A DNA stretch of 64,000 nucleotides from Chloroflexota bacterium (GCA_019873655.1 JAIOAU010000001.1:83984-147983), one strand, 5' to 3'; counted from the stretch's first letter, positions 34,964-44,821 are shown. Numbers and translations: made by a program. Notes: generated from the letters alone by a model not told the origin.

Positions 34964-35903
34964 AACATCCGAAATCGGCCGGCGAGTGATCGCCGAGGTC
35001 GAGAAAGCCGTGGTCGGCAAGCGCCGTCTGCTCGAGACGATCATGGCGGCCATCCTGGCTGGCGGGCACGTTCTCTTGGAAGATTATCCCGGCCTGGGGA
35101 AGACCTTGATCGCCCGCTCCTTTGCCGCCGTCCTCGGCCTGGACTTCAAGCGGATTCAGTTCACCCCCGACCTGCTGCCCGGCGACATCACCGGCGGCTA
35201 CGTCTTCAACCGCCGCGCGGACCGCTTCGAACTGCGCCGCGGCCCGCTCTTCACCAATCTCCTGCTGGCCGACGAGATCAACCGCGCTTCGCCCAAGACG
35301 CAAAGCGCCCTGCTCGAAGCCATGCAGGAGGGCCAGGTGACCATCGAGGGCGAGAGTCTGCGCCTGCCGGAGCCGTTTCTGGTGCTGGCGACCCAGAATC
35401 CGATCGAATATGAAGGCACCTTTCCGCTGCCCGAGGCCCAACTCGACCGTTTTATGCTCAAACTGACCGTCGGTTACCCGGAAGTGCAGGAAGAGCGCGA
35501 AATCCTGCATCGCCGTCATCAGCGCCGCCAGGACGAGGTCCCGCTGACCGTCATCGCCTCGCCGCAGACGATTCTCGGCATGCGTCAGGCGGCCGAGAGC
35601 GTCCACGTCGATCCGGATTTGGAAACCTACATCGCCCGCATCGTGGACGAGACCCGCCATGAACGGCACGTAGCCGTCGGCGCCAGTCCGCGCGCCTCGC
35701 TGGCCTTCCTCAAGATGGCGCGCGCCCAGGCTGCCCTGGAAGGCCGCGAGTACATTCTGCCCGATGACATCAAACGCTTCGCCGAAGCGGTGCTCAGCCA
35801 CCGCCTGATTCTCCAGCCCGAATTCTGGCTCACCCGCCACGTGACCGAAAACGTCATCGCCGACATCTTCGCCCGCGTCCCCGTGCCGGTGCTGAACGCC
35901 TGA
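34944..35903 (+). CDS. MoxR-family AAA+ ATPase
   Basis: Walker A in LEDYPGLGKT and Walker B in LLADEINRASPKTQSALLEAMQE. Confidence 0.9.
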   Translation: MSISIPETSEIGRRVIAEVEKAVVGKRRLLETIMAAILAGGHVLLEDYPGLGKTLIARSFAAVLGLDFKRIQFTPDLLPGDITGGYVFNRRADRFELRRGPLFTNLLLADEINRASPKTQSALLEAMQEGQVTIEGESLRLPEPFLVLATQNPIEYEGTFPLPEAQLDRFMLKLTVGYPEVQEEREILHRRHQRRQDEVPLTVIASPQTILGMRQAAESVHVDPDLETYIARIVDETRHERHVAVGASPRASLAFLKMARAQAALEGREYILPDDIKRFAEAVLSHRLILQPEFWLTRHVTENVIADIFARVPVPVLNA

Positions 35904-35910
35904 CGCCTCT

Positions 35911-37188
35911 TTGCTCATGAGACGCGCTCTGTTTCTCGCCGCGCTGATCTACCTGCTCCTTCTGGCTGGCCTGGTTTTCGCCAACCGGGCTGTTCTGGCC
36001 CTGGCTTTGCCTCTCCTGACGTATCTGTTAATGGGCCTGTGGCGCGCCCCCGCCGGCGCTGACCTCGAAATCGTCCGCACGCTGAGCGGCGAACGTTTTC
36101 AGGCCGGCGAGGAGGCCGAGGCGACTCTGACCCTCACCAACCGCGGCCCCGCGTTGGAGATCGTCCAATGCGAGGACCTCCTGCCCCCCGGCCTGGAAGT
36201 GACCGCCGGTTCGCCCTTCCATCTGACCTCGCTGGCGACCGGCCAATCGACGCGCTGGACGTATCGGCTGCGCGGCCGGCGCGGCTATTACGCCCTCTCT
36301 CAGGTGCGTCTGACGGTCGGGGAAACGTTTGGGATTTTGCCGGTCGAGAATCTAGCGCCCACCGAGGGCCAACTGTTCTTCTTGCCGCCGGTCCTGCGTC
36401 TGCGCCGGGTGGACGTCCGCCCGCGGCGGACGCGCGTCTATTCGGGGACGATTCCCGCACGGCAGGGCGGAACGGGCGTCGAGTTCTTCGATGTGCGCGA
36501 GTATCAGACCGGCGATTCGCCCCGCCAGATCAACTGGCGGTTGACCGCCCGCCATCCCGAAAGCATGTTTTCCAATCAATACGAGCAGGAGCGCGTGGTT
36601 GACATTGGCATCATTCTGGACGGGCGTCAGCGGACGAACGATTTCGGCGGGCGCTCGCTTTTCGAACACTCCGTCCTGGCCGTCGCCGCCCTGGCAGAGA
36701 CTTTTCTGGAGGCAGGCAACCGCGTCGGACTGCTGTATTACGGCAGTCACATTCACTGGACTATGCCCGGCTACGGCAAAATGCAGGGAGAACGCATCTT
36801 GCACGATTTGTCCCGCCTGAGCGCCGGCGAAGCGCGGGCGGCCCAGGAACTGTACATCCCGCGCCGCCTCTTTCCGGCCTTTTCGCAACTGGTGGTCATC
36901 AGTCCGTTGAGCAAGGAGGACTTCACGCCGCTCATCGAACTGCGCTGGCGCGGCTATTCGTTGCTGGTCATCAGCCCCGACCCGGTGGCCTTCGAATGTC
37001 AGGGCCTGGCCGCCGCGCCGGAGATGGAACTGGCCAGGCGCATCGTCCGCTTGCAGCGTCAAATCCTGCTGCGGCGGCTGCGCGGCGCCGGCATCCAGGT
37101 GGTGGATTGGGACGTCGCCCAGCCATTCGAGCAGGTGGCCCGCCAGGCGCTCGAGCGGCGGCGGCTCATTTTGCGAGGTCTGCGATGA
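35911..37188 (+). CDS. DUF58-domain protein (vWA-like MoxR partner)
   Basis: VREYQTGDSPRQINW motif and N-terminal TM segments. Confidence 0.8.
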   Translation: MLMRRALFLAALIYLLLLAGLVFANRAVLALALPLLTYLLMGLWRAPAGADLEIVRTLSGERFQAGEEAEATLTLTNRGPALEIVQCEDLLPPGLEVTAGSPFHLTSLATGQSTRWTYRLRGRRGYYALSQVRLTVGETFGILPVENLAPTEGQLFFLPPVLRLRRVDVRPRRTRVYSGTIPARQGGTGVEFFDVREYQTGDSPRQINWRLTARHPESMFSNQYEQERVVDIGIILDGRQRTNDFGGRSLFEHSVLAVAALAETFLEAGNRVGLLYYGSHIHWTMPGYGKMQGERILHDLSRLSAGEARAAQELYIPRRLFPAFSQLVVISPLSKEDFTPLIELRWRGYSLLVISPDPVAFECQGLAAAPEMELARRIVRLQRQILLRRLRGAGIQVVDWDVAQPFEQVARQALERRRLILRGLR

Positions 37189-37685
37189 CGCCGTGGCTCT
37201 TGCCGGTGACGCTGATCGTCAGCAGCCTTTCGCTGGCAGCCGGCGCCTGGCTGAGCGGACTGACCGGCCTGGGGGCGGCGGTCCTGGCCGTCGGCGCGCT
37301 GTGGCTGATCGGCCTGCGGCGAGGCTGGAAGTGGGTCGCCGCGCCGGGGCTTGTCCTGTCGATGGGGGCCGCGGCGGCGGTTCTCCTGGGCGCTGCTCCT
37401 TCTGCCTTTGGGAGGGCGCTCCTGATCGGCGGGGCGCTGCTGGCTTTTCTGGCCTGGGATCTGACCGCCTTCCGGGCCAGTCTTGCCCTGGCGCGGGCCG
37501 CCGACCGCCCGGCCCTGGAGCGCAATCACTTCCTCCGCCTGGGCGCGGTGGTGGGCGGAGGCGTCATCCTGCTCGCGCTGGCCCTGAGCATCGAGATCGA
37601 ACTCCATTTCGAATGGACCGCTCTCCTGGCCCTGGCCGCCGCCGGTGGTCTCGCGTACCTGGCGGGCAGGATTCGGGCGAGGTGA
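37185..37685 (+). CDS. Hypothetical polytopic membrane protein
   Basis: The start overlaps the DUF58 stop as ATGA. Four or five hydrophobic segments. Confidence 0.5.
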   Translation: MTPWLLPVTLIVSSLSLAAGAWLSGLTGLGAAVLAVGALWLIGLRRGWKWVAAPGLVLSMGAAAAVLLGAAPSAFGRALLIGGALLAFLAWDLTAFRASLALARAADRPALERNHFLRLGAVVGGGVILLALALSIEIELHFEWTALLALAAAGGLAYLAGRIRAR

Positions 37686-37702
37686 TCCTCTTTGGGGGAA
37701 GT

Positions 37703-38269
37703 TCATAGAGCATCCAGCCAGGCTTGCGTTTCGGCGGGGCGGCGGAAGCGGTAGATCAGCAAATGGGCGTATTCGGGGCAGGCGATCATCGCCGTGTACG
37801 TTTGACGGCGGCGCTTGAAAGTTCTCAACGCCCACAGGAAGAGCGAATCGCGGCTCAGAAATTGCGTCCAGAATCGTTCGGTATTCGACCCCCACAAGGT
37901 TTCTTTCGACAGAACGCGCTGCCAGGTGCGTCTCCACAGCCGCCAGAGGATGACCGCCAGCGGATAATCCAGCCAGACGACCGCCTGGGCGCGTTCCCAG
38001 ACCAGATCGCGGACGACGCTATAGTTGCCGTCTGTGACCCAGCCCGGGCCGCGCGTCGCCGCCTCCACCCGTCGGCGCAGTTCCTCGTCCGAGACGTGTT
38101 CCCAGCCGGGCAGCCAGTGCAGGGCGTCGATCTCGATATGCGGGACGTGCAGGCGGGCCGCCAGGGCGATGGCCAGAGTCGTCTTGCCCGAGCCGGTCAC
38201 ACCGACCACCGCGATGCGGCGGACGTGGGAAGGCAGCGGCGAGGAAGACGACAGCGCGTTCGGTTTCAC
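37703..38269 (-). CDS. P-loop NTPase/kinase (adenylate kinase or FlaR-like)
   Basis: Walker A in VVGVTGSGKTTLA, in a small single-domain protein. Confidence 0.65.
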   Translation of the reverse strand: MKPNALSSSSPLPSHVRRIAVVGVTGSGKTTLAIALAARLHVPHIEIDALHWLPGWEHVSDEELRRRVEAATRGPGWVTDGNYSVVRDLVWERAQAVVWLDYPLAVILWRLWRRTWQRVLSKETLWGSNTERFWTQFLSRDSLFLWALRTFKRRRQTYTAMIACPEYAHLLIYRFRRPAETQAWLDAL

Positions 38270-38335
38270 GGAAGGTTCCTTTCATGGTACGATTCGGACG
38301 GCAAGTGACGATGATACCATTCCTCGGAGTCTACC

Positions 38336-39688
38336 ATGTTCGATCTTCCCGATGACGAAATCCTGCCGCTCGCCAAGAAGCATGTTTTCTGGACCTGGTC
38401 GGCCCAGGCCAAAGTGGACCCGTTGCCGGTCGTCCGCGCCGAGGGCGTGTACTTCTGGGACGCCTCCGGCAAGCGTTATCTCGACTTCAATTCGATGACC
38501 ATGTGCGTCAACATCGGCCACGGCAACCGGCGCGTCATCGAAGCGATGCAGGAGCAGGCCGCCGCGCTGCCCTACGCCGCGCCCGGCATGGCGACCAAAG
38601 TGCGGGCGCTGGCGGCGCGGGCGGTGGCGGAGGTGACGCCCGGCGGCGCGCTCTCGAAGGTGCTGTTCACTCTCGGCGGGGCCGACGCCAATGAGAACGC
38701 CGTCAAACTGGCGCGCGGTTACACCGGCCGCTTCAAAATCCTGACCCGCTACCGCTCCTACCACGGCGCGACCGCCGGAGCGATGGCCCTGACCGGCGAC
38801 CCGCGCCGCACGGCCTGGGAGCCGGGGCTGATGCCCGGCGTGGTCCACTTCCTCGACCCGTATCGCTACCGCTCCACCTTTCACCGCGCCAACCCCGATA
38901 TTCCCGAAGAGGAATTCTGCCGCGACTATCTGAATCATCTCGAGGAAATCATCCAATACGAGGGGCCGGAGACGATTGCGGCCATCCTGCTGGAGACGGT
39001 CACCGGCACGAACGGCGTCATCATCCCGCCGGAGGGATATTTGCAGGGCGTGCGGGCGTTGTGCGACAAGTACGGGATCGTCCTGATCGCCGACGAGGTC
39101 ATGTCGGGCTTCGGGCGCACCGGCAAATGGTTCGCCGTCGAACACTGGAACGTCGTCCCCGACATCATCACGATGGCCAAGGGGCTGACCTCGGCCTACG
39201 CGCCGCTCGGCGCGGTGGCGATGAAGCCGGAGATTGCGGCGGCTTTCGATGAGCGCGTCTTCGAATCGGGGCTGACGTACACCTCGCATCCCGTCTCGCT
39301 GGCCGCCGCGCTGGCCAATATCCAGGTCATGAAAGAGGAGCGGATTGTCGAACACGCCGCGGCGATGGGGCCGGTGCTGAAGCGCCTGTTGACCGATCTG
39401 GGCGAGGCGCATCCCTCGGTGGGAGAAGCGCGCAGCATCGGGCTGTTCGGCGTGCTCGAACTGGTCAAGAACCGGAAAACGAAGGAGCCGATGGCTCCCT
39501 GGAACAGTTCCAGCCCGGAGATGACCGCCCTGCGCAAATATTGCCTCGAGCATGGCCTGTTCCTGTACACGCACTGGCACACGGTGCTGGTGATTCCGCC
39601 GCTCATCATCACCGAGGCCCAATTGCGCGAAGGGATGGCCGTGCTCGACCGCGCCCTGGAAATCACCGACCGGGCGGTCAGCGCGTAG
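38336..39688 (+). CDS. Class III (omega) aminotransferase
   Basis: DEVMSGFGRTGKWFA motif and an overall AT-III layout. Confidence 0.9.
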   Translation: MFDLPDDEILPLAKKHVFWTWSAQAKVDPLPVVRAEGVYFWDASGKRYLDFNSMTMCVNIGHGNRRVIEAMQEQAAALPYAAPGMATKVRALAARAVAEVTPGGALSKVLFTLGGADANENAVKLARGYTGRFKILTRYRSYHGATAGAMALTGDPRRTAWEPGLMPGVVHFLDPYRYRSTFHRANPDIPEEEFCRDYLNHLEEIIQYEGPETIAAILLETVTGTNGVIIPPEGYLQGVRALCDKYGIVLIADEVMSGFGRTGKWFAVEHWNVVPDIITMAKGLTSAYAPLGAVAMKPEIAAAFDERVFESGLTYTSHPVSLAAALANIQVMKEERIVEHAAAMGPVLKRLLTDLGEAHPSVGEARSIGLFGVLELVKNRKTKEPMAPWNSSSPEMTALRKYCLEHGLFLYTHWHTVLVIPPLIITEAQLREGMAVLDRALEITDRAVSA

Positions 39689-39714
39689 GGGGCGTCGGGC
39701 CGGTTGCCGTCGTT

Positions 39715-40068
39715 TCAGGGCTGGTTGGCTTTGTGAATCAGCCAGGCGGCCTCGATGAACATCAGGCCGCCGACGGCCATCGGGGCGCACATCAGAATCA
39801 GCGCCGGCAGGGCGTCTTGCAAATAATAGAAGACCAGCAGGTAATACATGGCCAGAATCACGCCCAGCATGGCCAGCAGGATGCCGGCCAGCAGCGGACG
39901 CCGCCAGCCGACCCAGGTCAACGCCCCGGCCAGGAGGATCGGCATAAGCACCGAGAGGGCGTTGGCGTTTCCAGCGGCAAGTTGAACGACGCCTCTCGAA
40001 ATCCAGTAAAGGCACATCGCCCCGACGATGAGGCTGGCAGTGATTTTCAATCCTTTGGCAAGTCTCAT
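39715..40068 (-). CDS. Hypothetical four-TM membrane protein
   Basis: The ATG at 40068 has a GGGAGGAA Shine-Dalgarno. I reject the longer extension to 40188. Confidence 0.5.
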   Translation of the reverse strand: MRLAKGLKITASLIVGAMCLYWISRGVVQLAAGNANALSVLMPILLAGALTWVGWRRPLLAGILLAMLGVILAMYYLLVFYYLQDALPALILMCAPMAVGGLMFIEAAWLIHKANQP

Positions 40069-40225
40069 GAGCGTTCCTCCCGAGGAGTTTTCCCCTGATA
40101 GAGCGGCGCTTATCGTCCCCGATTCTACCACGCCGCGATCGAGGGCTTTCTTTCGCAGAAACCATTGAGTTTGTAGGCCGGACGCCAATCCGACCTGCCG
40201 GGAAGATTTGCGCCGTTCTCTCGGG

Positions 40226-40306
40226 GGCTAAGCCCCCGAGGAAACAGGCTAAGCCCCCGAGGAAACAGGCTTAGCCCCCGAAGATGAAACAGGTTTGGCC
40301 CCTGGG
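40226..40306. repeat. 21-bp tandem direct repeat, about 3.6 copies
   Basis: GGCTAAGCCCCCGAGGAAACA occurs at 40226-40246 and 40247-40267. A 24-nt variant lies at 40268-40291 and a partial copy at 40292-40306. The first copy completes a CGGGGGC-TAA-GCCCCCG hairpin. Confidence 0.85.
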
Positions 40307-40403
40307 CGGGACAGTTTCTGCTCTCCTTTTTGGGCAGTCCCTGCCGAGAGACTTTCGCCGTGATGGGGCAGGCGCGACAAAAAGAGAGTATAATTGAGAC
40401 ACG

Positions 40404-40769
40404 ATGAAATCGCGCTGGATCGAACACAAAGGCAAGCGCATCTTTTTCGCCGACTACTCCGGCTTTGGGACCGATTCCGAGGCGCTCCGCCAGGAGGTCG
40501 AAGAAGCGGTGGCTGTCATTGCGGCCGAGCCGGAGAAGTCCGTCTTGGTGCTCAGCAGTCTCGAAGGCACGGTCGAGTCGACGACGAACATGCGCGTCAT
40601 CCGGCAGATTGTGCCGCGCGCCAATCGTTCGGTCCGTAAGCGCGCTCTGCTGGGGTTTTCGGGTTCGAGGCGCTTCCTGCTCACGCTGTTTGCCAATGTG
40701 CTCGGCGATACCCGCGTGGCGGCGTTCGACAGCCAGGAAGAAGCCCTGGATTGGCTGGTGGAAGACTGA
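40404..40769 (+). CDS. Small STAS/SpoIIAA-like hypothetical protein
   Basis: A 121-aa alpha/beta-looking protein. A TATAAT (40389-40394) lies 9 nt upstream of the ATG. The family assignment is tentative. Confidence 0.45.
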   Translation: MKSRWIEHKGKRIFFADYSGFGTDSEALRQEVEEAVAVIAAEPEKSVLVLSSLEGTVESTTNMRVIRQIVPRANRSVRKRALLGFSGSRRFLLTLFANVLGDTRVAAFDSQEEALDWLVED

Positions 40770-40795
40770 ATCTGTCGAGAGAACAAGAAAAAACA

Positions 40796-40825
40796 AAGCC
40801 TCCCGCCAGGGAGGCTTCTTCTTGT
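40796..40825. terminator. Bidirectional terminator hairpin
   Basis: AAGCCTCCC-GCCA-GGGAGGCTT flanked by an A-rich run upstream and CTTCTTGTT downstream. Confidence 0.6.
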
Positions 40826-40842
40826 TGGAGCGTTCCGGCCTA

Positions 40843-40989
40843 TTATTTCTTTACCAACAGCAGGACGCCGGCGGCGATGGCCAGCGCGCCAAGGATGTAG
40901 TTCCCAAAGGGAATGTTGGGAATGAACGCCAGCACGCCGGCGACGATCAGGTAGATCGCCAGAATGAGGGTGGGAAAGCCTTTCTTCAT
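40843..40989 (-). CDS. 48-aa two-TM small membrane protein, absent from the ORF track
   Basis: I translated it by hand: MKKGFPTLILAIYLIVAGVLAFIPNIPFGNYILGALAIAAGVLLLVKK. An AAGGAGA Shine-Dalgarno lies 8 nt upstream. It ends in tandem TAA TAG stops. Confidence 0.55.
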   Translation of the reverse strand: MKKGFPTLILAIYLIVAGVLAFIPNIPFGNYILGALAIAAGVLLLVKK

Positions 40990-41121
40990 GGTGTATTCTC
41001 CTTTCCTTTTCTCGAGGAATGAAATGATTCAAGAAGTACAACACCCTTGTCCGATTCTGGTTGTGCAGGGCGTGGTAAAATGAACTCCTCCCGCAGAATG
41101 GACGGGAGACTTTTTTGACCC

Positions 41122-42882
41122 ATGACCGCTATTGCTTCTCCCGCTGAATTCACGTTGACCCGCCGCCGCTCCGACCGACGCGGACCGGTGCGCTGGGTGC
41201 TCAGCCACGGCTTGCGCCACTGGTGGCTGATTCTCATCATGATGGTCGGCGCCTGGGGCAACGCCCAACTGGCCGCCTACGTCCCCATGCTGACTGGCCG
41301 GGCCTTCGATACCATCGTCGCCGATCCGACCGCCGTCAGGGCGTTGATTCCGATTGCCTTGCTCATCGGCGGCTCACAGGTCCTGCGCGCTCTCTTGCAA
41401 CTGGGGCGCAACTTCGGGGCCGAGGTTATCGCCCAAAAAGTCGAGCGCGACATACGCGACGAACTGTACGTCTCGCTGCTCGGCAAGAGCATGACCTTCC
41501 ACAGCCTGCAGCCGGTCGGCGACACGATGGCGCGCGCCACCAACGACGTGCGCGAGGTCAACTACCTGTTCAGCCCGGGCGTCAACCTGGTGGTTGGCTC
41601 GATCATCTTCCTGTTCATGCCGATGATCTACGCCGTCCGGTATCACCCGACTTTGATTCTGACCCCGCTCATCTACACCATCCTGTACTTCTTCGCCCTG
41701 CGCGATTACCTGCGGAAGATGGAGCCGATCACCGACGAGGTGCGCGCCTCCTTCGGGCGGATGAACACCCACCTGGCCGAGGCGCTGGACGGGGTCGAGG
41801 TGATGAAAGGCGCCGCCCAGGAAGAGGCCGAGGTGGCGCGCTTCGAGGAGAACGCCCGCCGGGTGCGGGCCGCCAACGTCCGCCAGGGCGATCTGGAAGC
41901 GCGCTTCATCCCCCTCCTGATGTTCGCCGTCGCCCTGGGCGTGGGCCTCTTCCATGCTATCCTGCTCTACCGCCAGGGTATCTTGCAGGTCGGCGACATT
42001 GTCGCCTACATGGGCCTGCTCCTGATGCTCGATTTTCCCACCTGGACCTCGATCTGGGCCTATTCGCAAATTTCGCTTGGTCTGGCCGGCGCCCGCCGCA
42101 TCCTCGAACTGATGAACCGCGAGAACAACCTCGACCAGAACGAGGCCGGCTACGCCGGGACGATTCGCGGCGAGGTCGAATTCCGCGGCGCTTGCTTTTC
42201 GTATGACGAGGGCGAACCCACCCTGCAGGATATCACCTTCAAAGTCCTGCCCGGCCAGACGGTCGCCATCGTCGGCCAGACCGGAACCGGCAAGACCTCG
42301 CTGATGAAACTGGTCAACCGCACCTACGACGTCACCTGCGGCCAGGTGTTGGTGGACGGGCGCGACGTGCGCGACTGGAACCTGGCCGCCCTGCGCCGCC
42401 AGATTTCGATCATCGAGCAGGACATCTTCCTCTTTTCGCGCACCATCGCCGAAAACATCGCCTTTGGCAAGCCGGGCGCCACCCAGGCCGAGATCGAAGC
42501 CGCCGCCCGCGCCGCCCAGGCCGACGAGTTCATCCAGGCCCTGCCCGACAAGTATCAGACCGTCATCGGCGAGCGCGGCGTGACCCTCTCGGGCGGGCAG
42601 CGCCAGCGCCTGGCCCTGGCGCGCGCCTTCCTGACCGACCCGCGCATCCTCATCCTCGATGACTCGACCTCCGCCATCGACTCGGCCACCGAGGACCTGA
42701 TTCAGCGCGCCATCGCCGCGGCGGCCAAGGGGCGCACCACCTTCATCATCACTCATCGCCTCTCGCAAATCCGCTGGGCCGACCTGATCGTCGTCCTGCG
42801 CAAGGGCCGCGTCGCCGCCATCGGCAAACACGAAGACTTGCTGCGGACTTCCGAAGCCTACGCCAGGATTTTTAGAGAATGA
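41122..42882 (+). CDS. ABC exporter half-transporter (TMD-NBD)
   Basis: Motifs GQTGTGKTS, LSGGQRQR and ILILDD. Confidence 0.9.
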   Translation: MTAIASPAEFTLTRRRSDRRGPVRWVLSHGLRHWWLILIMMVGAWGNAQLAAYVPMLTGRAFDTIVADPTAVRALIPIALLIGGSQVLRALLQLGRNFGAEVIAQKVERDIRDELYVSLLGKSMTFHSLQPVGDTMARATNDVREVNYLFSPGVNLVVGSIIFLFMPMIYAVRYHPTLILTPLIYTILYFFALRDYLRKMEPITDEVRASFGRMNTHLAEALDGVEVMKGAAQEEAEVARFEENARRVRAANVRQGDLEARFIPLLMFAVALGVGLFHAILLYRQGILQVGDIVAYMGLLLMLDFPTWTSIWAYSQISLGLAGARRILELMNRENNLDQNEAGYAGTIRGEVEFRGACFSYDEGEPTLQDITFKVLPGQTVAIVGQTGTGKTSLMKLVNRTYDVTCGQVLVDGRDVRDWNLAALRRQISIIEQDIFLFSRTIAENIAFGKPGATQAEIEAAARAAQADEFIQALPDKYQTVIGERGVTLSGGQRQRLALARAFLTDPRILILDDSTSAIDSATEDLIQRAIAAAAKGRTTFIITHRLSQIRWADLIVVLRKGRVAAIGKHEDLLRTSEAYARIFRE

Positions 42883-42917
42883 ACGGGCGCGGCAGTCTCC
42901 CGCCCTCAGGATGACTT

Positions 42918-44735
42918 ATGGGCTTCTTCGACGAACTCAACCCCGAAAAATACGACCGTCAATACAAAGACCGCGACCTGATCCGGCGGATCGCGCTCCA
43001 ATTCAAACCCTACCGCAAGGGGATGATCATCATTTCCTTGCTGACGCTCCTCATCTCGATGCTCGGCGCGTTGATGCCCATCGTCGGCGGGCGGGCGCTC
43101 GATTTTTTGGACAATACCCGGCATTGGATTGTCCTGATCGTCATCCCGCTCATCGTGACGCTGGTGGGCGTCAGCGAGTGGGGGCTGAACTGGCTGCGGC
43201 GCAGCCTGACGGTGCGCGTCCTCGGCGACGTGGTGCTCGACCTGCGCACGCGCGCCTTCCGCGCCGCCGCCGGCCACGACCTGTCCTTCTATGACCAGTA
43301 TTCCTCCGGCCGCATCGTCTCGCGCATCAACTCCGACACCAACGACTTGAGCCAACTGGTGACGATCGTCACCGATGTGGCCTCGCAGGTGGTGCAGGCC
43401 GTCTTCTTGGGCGTGGTGCTGGTTCGCACCGAATGGCGTCTCTCGCTGGTGCTGTTCTCCTTCATGCCGGTGGTCTTCGGCATTGCCATCGGCTTCCGCC
43501 GCCTGGCCCGCGCCGTGACCAAGAAGGGCATGCAGGCCATGGCCGACGTCAACGCCGCCATCAAGGAGACCGTCTCGGGCATCGCCGTCGCCAAGAACTT
43601 CCGCCAGGAGATGACCATCTTCGAGGAGTTCAACCGCGCCAATCAAAAGTCGTATCGCTTCAACATCCAGCGCGGCTTCGTCCTTTCGCTGATTTTCCCG
43701 GTCTTGAACGCCACGACCGGCATCTTCACCGCGATTCTGGTCTATCTGGGCGGCGTCAGCGCGGCGACGGCGGTCATCTCGGCCGGGGCCTGGTACCTGT
43801 TCCTGCTCAGCCTGGACCGCTTCCTGTGGCCGGTGATGAACCTTTCGGCCTTCTGGGCGCAGATTCAGTCGGGGCTGAGCGCCTCGGAGCGCGTCTTTGC
43901 CCTGATCGACGCCGAGCCGGCCGTCGTCCAGACCGAGGCGCGGCCGGTCCCGCCCCTGCGCGGCGGCATCCGCTTCGAGCGGGTCACCTTCCGCTACGGC
44001 GAGAACGACCCCGTCCTGACCGATTTCAGCCTGGACATCCGCCCCGGCGAGAATCTCGCCATCGTCGGCCACACCGGTTCGGGCAAGACCTCCATCGCCC
44101 GCCTGATTGCCCGCTTCTATGAGTTCCAGGGAGGGCGCATTCTGATCGATGGGATGGACATCCGCACCTTCGACCTGGCTTCGTACCGCCGTCAGTTGGG
44201 GATCGTCTCGCAGGTGCCGTTCCTGTTCTCGGGGACGGTCGCCGACAACATCCGCTACGCCGCCCCCCACGTGACCGACGCCGAGATGCTGGCCATGGCG
44301 CGCCGCATCGGCGACGGCGACTGGCTGGAGACCCTGCCCGACGGGCTGGAGACTCAGGTCGGCGAGCGCGGCGGGATGCTCTCGATGGGCCAGCGGCAAC
44401 TGGTGGCGCTGATGCGCGTCCTGGTGCAGAAGCCGGCCATCTTCATCCTGGACGAGGCCACCGCCAGCATCGACCCGTTCACCGAGTGGCAGATTCAACA
44501 AGCCCTCAACCTGATTCTCTCCGAGTCGACCAGCATCCTGATCGCCCACCGCCTTTCGACGGTCAAGGCCGCCGACCGAATCATCGTCCTGGAGAAGGGC
44601 CGGATCATCGAGGAGGGCAACCACGATGGGCTGCTGCTCCAGGGCGGCCACTATGCCACGCTCTATAACACTTACTTCCGCCACCAGAGCCTGGCCTATG
44701 TCGAGCAGGCCCGTCAGTTCGTGGAAGGGGACTGA
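42918..44735 (+). CDS. ABC exporter half-transporter (TMD-NBD), the heterodimer partner
   Basis: Motifs GHTGSGKTS, LSMGQRQL and IFILDE. Confidence 0.9.
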   Translation: MGFFDELNPEKYDRQYKDRDLIRRIALQFKPYRKGMIIISLLTLLISMLGALMPIVGGRALDFLDNTRHWIVLIVIPLIVTLVGVSEWGLNWLRRSLTVRVLGDVVLDLRTRAFRAAAGHDLSFYDQYSSGRIVSRINSDTNDLSQLVTIVTDVASQVVQAVFLGVVLVRTEWRLSLVLFSFMPVVFGIAIGFRRLARAVTKKGMQAMADVNAAIKETVSGIAVAKNFRQEMTIFEEFNRANQKSYRFNIQRGFVLSLIFPVLNATTGIFTAILVYLGGVSAATAVISAGAWYLFLLSLDRFLWPVMNLSAFWAQIQSGLSASERVFALIDAEPAVVQTEARPVPPLRGGIRFERVTFRYGENDPVLTDFSLDIRPGENLAIVGHTGSGKTSIARLIARFYEFQGGRILIDGMDIRTFDLASYRRQLGIVSQVPFLFSGTVADNIRYAAPHVTDAEMLAMARRIGDGDWLETLPDGLETQVGERGGMLSMGQRQLVALMRVLVQKPAIFILDEATASIDPFTEWQIQQALNLILSESTSILIAHRLSTVKAADRIIVLEKGRIIEEGNHDGLLLQGGHYATLYNTYFRHQSLAYVEQARQFVEGD

Positions 44736-44821
44736 ACGCGCCTGGCGCGAATTACACCCCCTCCCGGATTCGGTTTCTTGCCGCTCCCGCCGCACGTCCT
44801 GGCGGGAGCGCGAATGTTTTG

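Noticed and set aside
38282-40165. 627-aa minus-strand ORF
   Set aside because: It lies antisense to the class III aminotransferase and also overlaps the small membrane protein gene. Arg/Gly/His-rich, with no motifs.
40226-40306. Possible CRISPR array
   Set aside because: The repeats are directly abutting with no spacers, number only about 3.6 copies of 21 bp, and have no cas genes nearby. This is a simple tandem repeat.
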